From: an uncultured delta proteobacterium
GTDB taxonomy: Bacteria > Myxococcota_A > Polyangia > Fen-1088
Assembly: GCA_963737265.1 (NCBI GenBank)
Contig: CAVTRY010000022.1
Span: 352,001-416,000, forward strand
DNA length: 64,000 bases
Direction: 5' to 3'
Part shown: positions 63,437 to 64,000 of the stretch, one piece after another
Layout of the letters: each line of letters opens with the position of its first letter
Position numbering within the stretch: the stretch's first letter is position 1
Translations under genes and position numbers: made by a program
Notes under the pieces: model-generated
Seen by the model: only the letters and a program-made list of their open reading frames with translations
What the model was told of the DNA's origin: nothing
Database searches by the model: none

Positions 63437-63703
63437 TCAATTGTCGAAATCTGCTGGCCCACGGCACTTGTGCGTGCGCGGATCGCGATAACGTCCGCGT
63501 CCGCAGCCTCCGATGCCTTCGTTTGGCAGGGGCGAATTGTAAGTCGGGACAGCGACGCGGGAACCTGGAAGCCCCTCGTGCATGTTAGTGCCGCCTTTGC
63601 CCAGCGTTTCAATTGGAACGAAGGATACAAAAATCAACAGCAGCGGCAGATAGAGAAGGAATTGATGAGCCGTGTTTGTGGAAGCTGTCCGGTCTAACCT
63701 CAT
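63437..63703 (-). CDS. small secreted Cys-containing protein (GCG...C motif)
   Basis: Hydrophobic leader and GGCGRGRYRDPRTHKCRGP. Confidence 0.5.
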   Translation of the reverse strand: MRLDRTASTNTAHQFLLYLPLLLIFVSFVPIETLGKGGTNMHEGLPGSRVAVPTYNSPLPNEGIGGCGRGRYRDPRTHKCRGPADFDN

Positions 63704-63718
63704 TGGACGCCCCGCTTC

Positions 63719-64000
63719 TCATCGGTTCAACAGCGGCTTGCCGAACAGTGACGGGACCAGGTCGTCGAGAAATAGAAGCAGCTGCGTTCTAACGCCCACG
63801 CCGTGCCCCGACACCGCGTTGAGCGGCAGCACCGCTTCGACGGCGAACTGCCAGGTGGTCGCCACATAGGCGACGCCAGGGCTCATGTTGGCGATTGTTT
63901 CTTGTCCACGAGGGCTGTCGAACGCGAACTCGACGAGTGGCACAAACTGATTGAGCGGCTCTTGCTTTGGCGGGCCGCCGGTGAAGCGCGGTGTCAAATA
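63719..64000 (-). CDS. C-terminus of a conserved beta-rich (outer-membrane-like) hypothetical protein, cut by the window edge
   Basis: PLVEFAFDSP...PGVAYV...QFAVEA.LPLN..SG.GVG...QL.LFLDD. Confidence 0.55.
   Translation of the reverse strand, partial: YLTPRFTGGPPKQEPLNQFVPLVEFAFDSPRGQETIANMSPGVAYVATTWQFAVEAVLPLNAVSGHGVGVRTQLLLFLDDLVPSLFGKPLLNR

Noticed and set aside
60883-64000. Peroxiredoxin and MASE4 kinase as cargo of the conjugative element
   Set aside because: They lie beyond a mid-gene junction and differ in sequence style; linkage is unsupported.

Overview
The window is a mosaic of at least four segments. It has abrupt mid-gene joins near 18.58, 33.70, 35.31, 35.46 and 60.88 kb (probably also ~36.07 and ~61.5 kb) and many single frameshifts, so it looks like an error-prone or chimeric assembly. 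(1) 1-18.5 kb is high-GC, Myxococcota-like DNA: a damaged tRNA-Leu 3' fragment (probable island att site), acyl-CoA ligase and SDR, a CDP-alcohol transferase/cytidylyltransferase/rhomboid operon, a tandem-DUF4388 protein, cyclophilin, MBL hydrolase, GT39, PilZ, a myxosortase-like protease and a large Ig-repeat lipoprotein. (2) 18.6-33.7 kb is Acidobacteriota-like DNA: DUF4136, secreted hypotheticals, SulP, ppk2, phosphoketolase, a glgP remnant and the 5' half of glgX. (3) 33.7-60.9 kb is a conjugative element (ICE or plasmid). Its transfer genes are VirB4 and VirB6 fragments, a VirB9/TrbG-like gene, VirD4 and a Replic_Relax (MOB-L-type) relaxase, followed by a candidate oriT region and TIR-TM-15xWD40 cargo. 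Its backbone has an AEP primase, a stand-alone TSCPD domain, ssb, Rad52/Sak, a HipA-like kinase, a DUF6094 methylase, an SNF2-like helicase and a truncated OLD nuclease. (4) 60.9-64 kb holds a peroxiredoxin fragment and an alphaproteobacterial-like MASE4 histidine kinase. The most striking observation is a frameshift-split fragment at 35.46-36.08 kb among the T4SS genes. It carries motifs of a single-subunit two-barrel (QDE-1/YonO-like) RNA polymerase with a variant catalytic motif GGDFDFD. All family assignments come from motif recognition by eye, with no database search.
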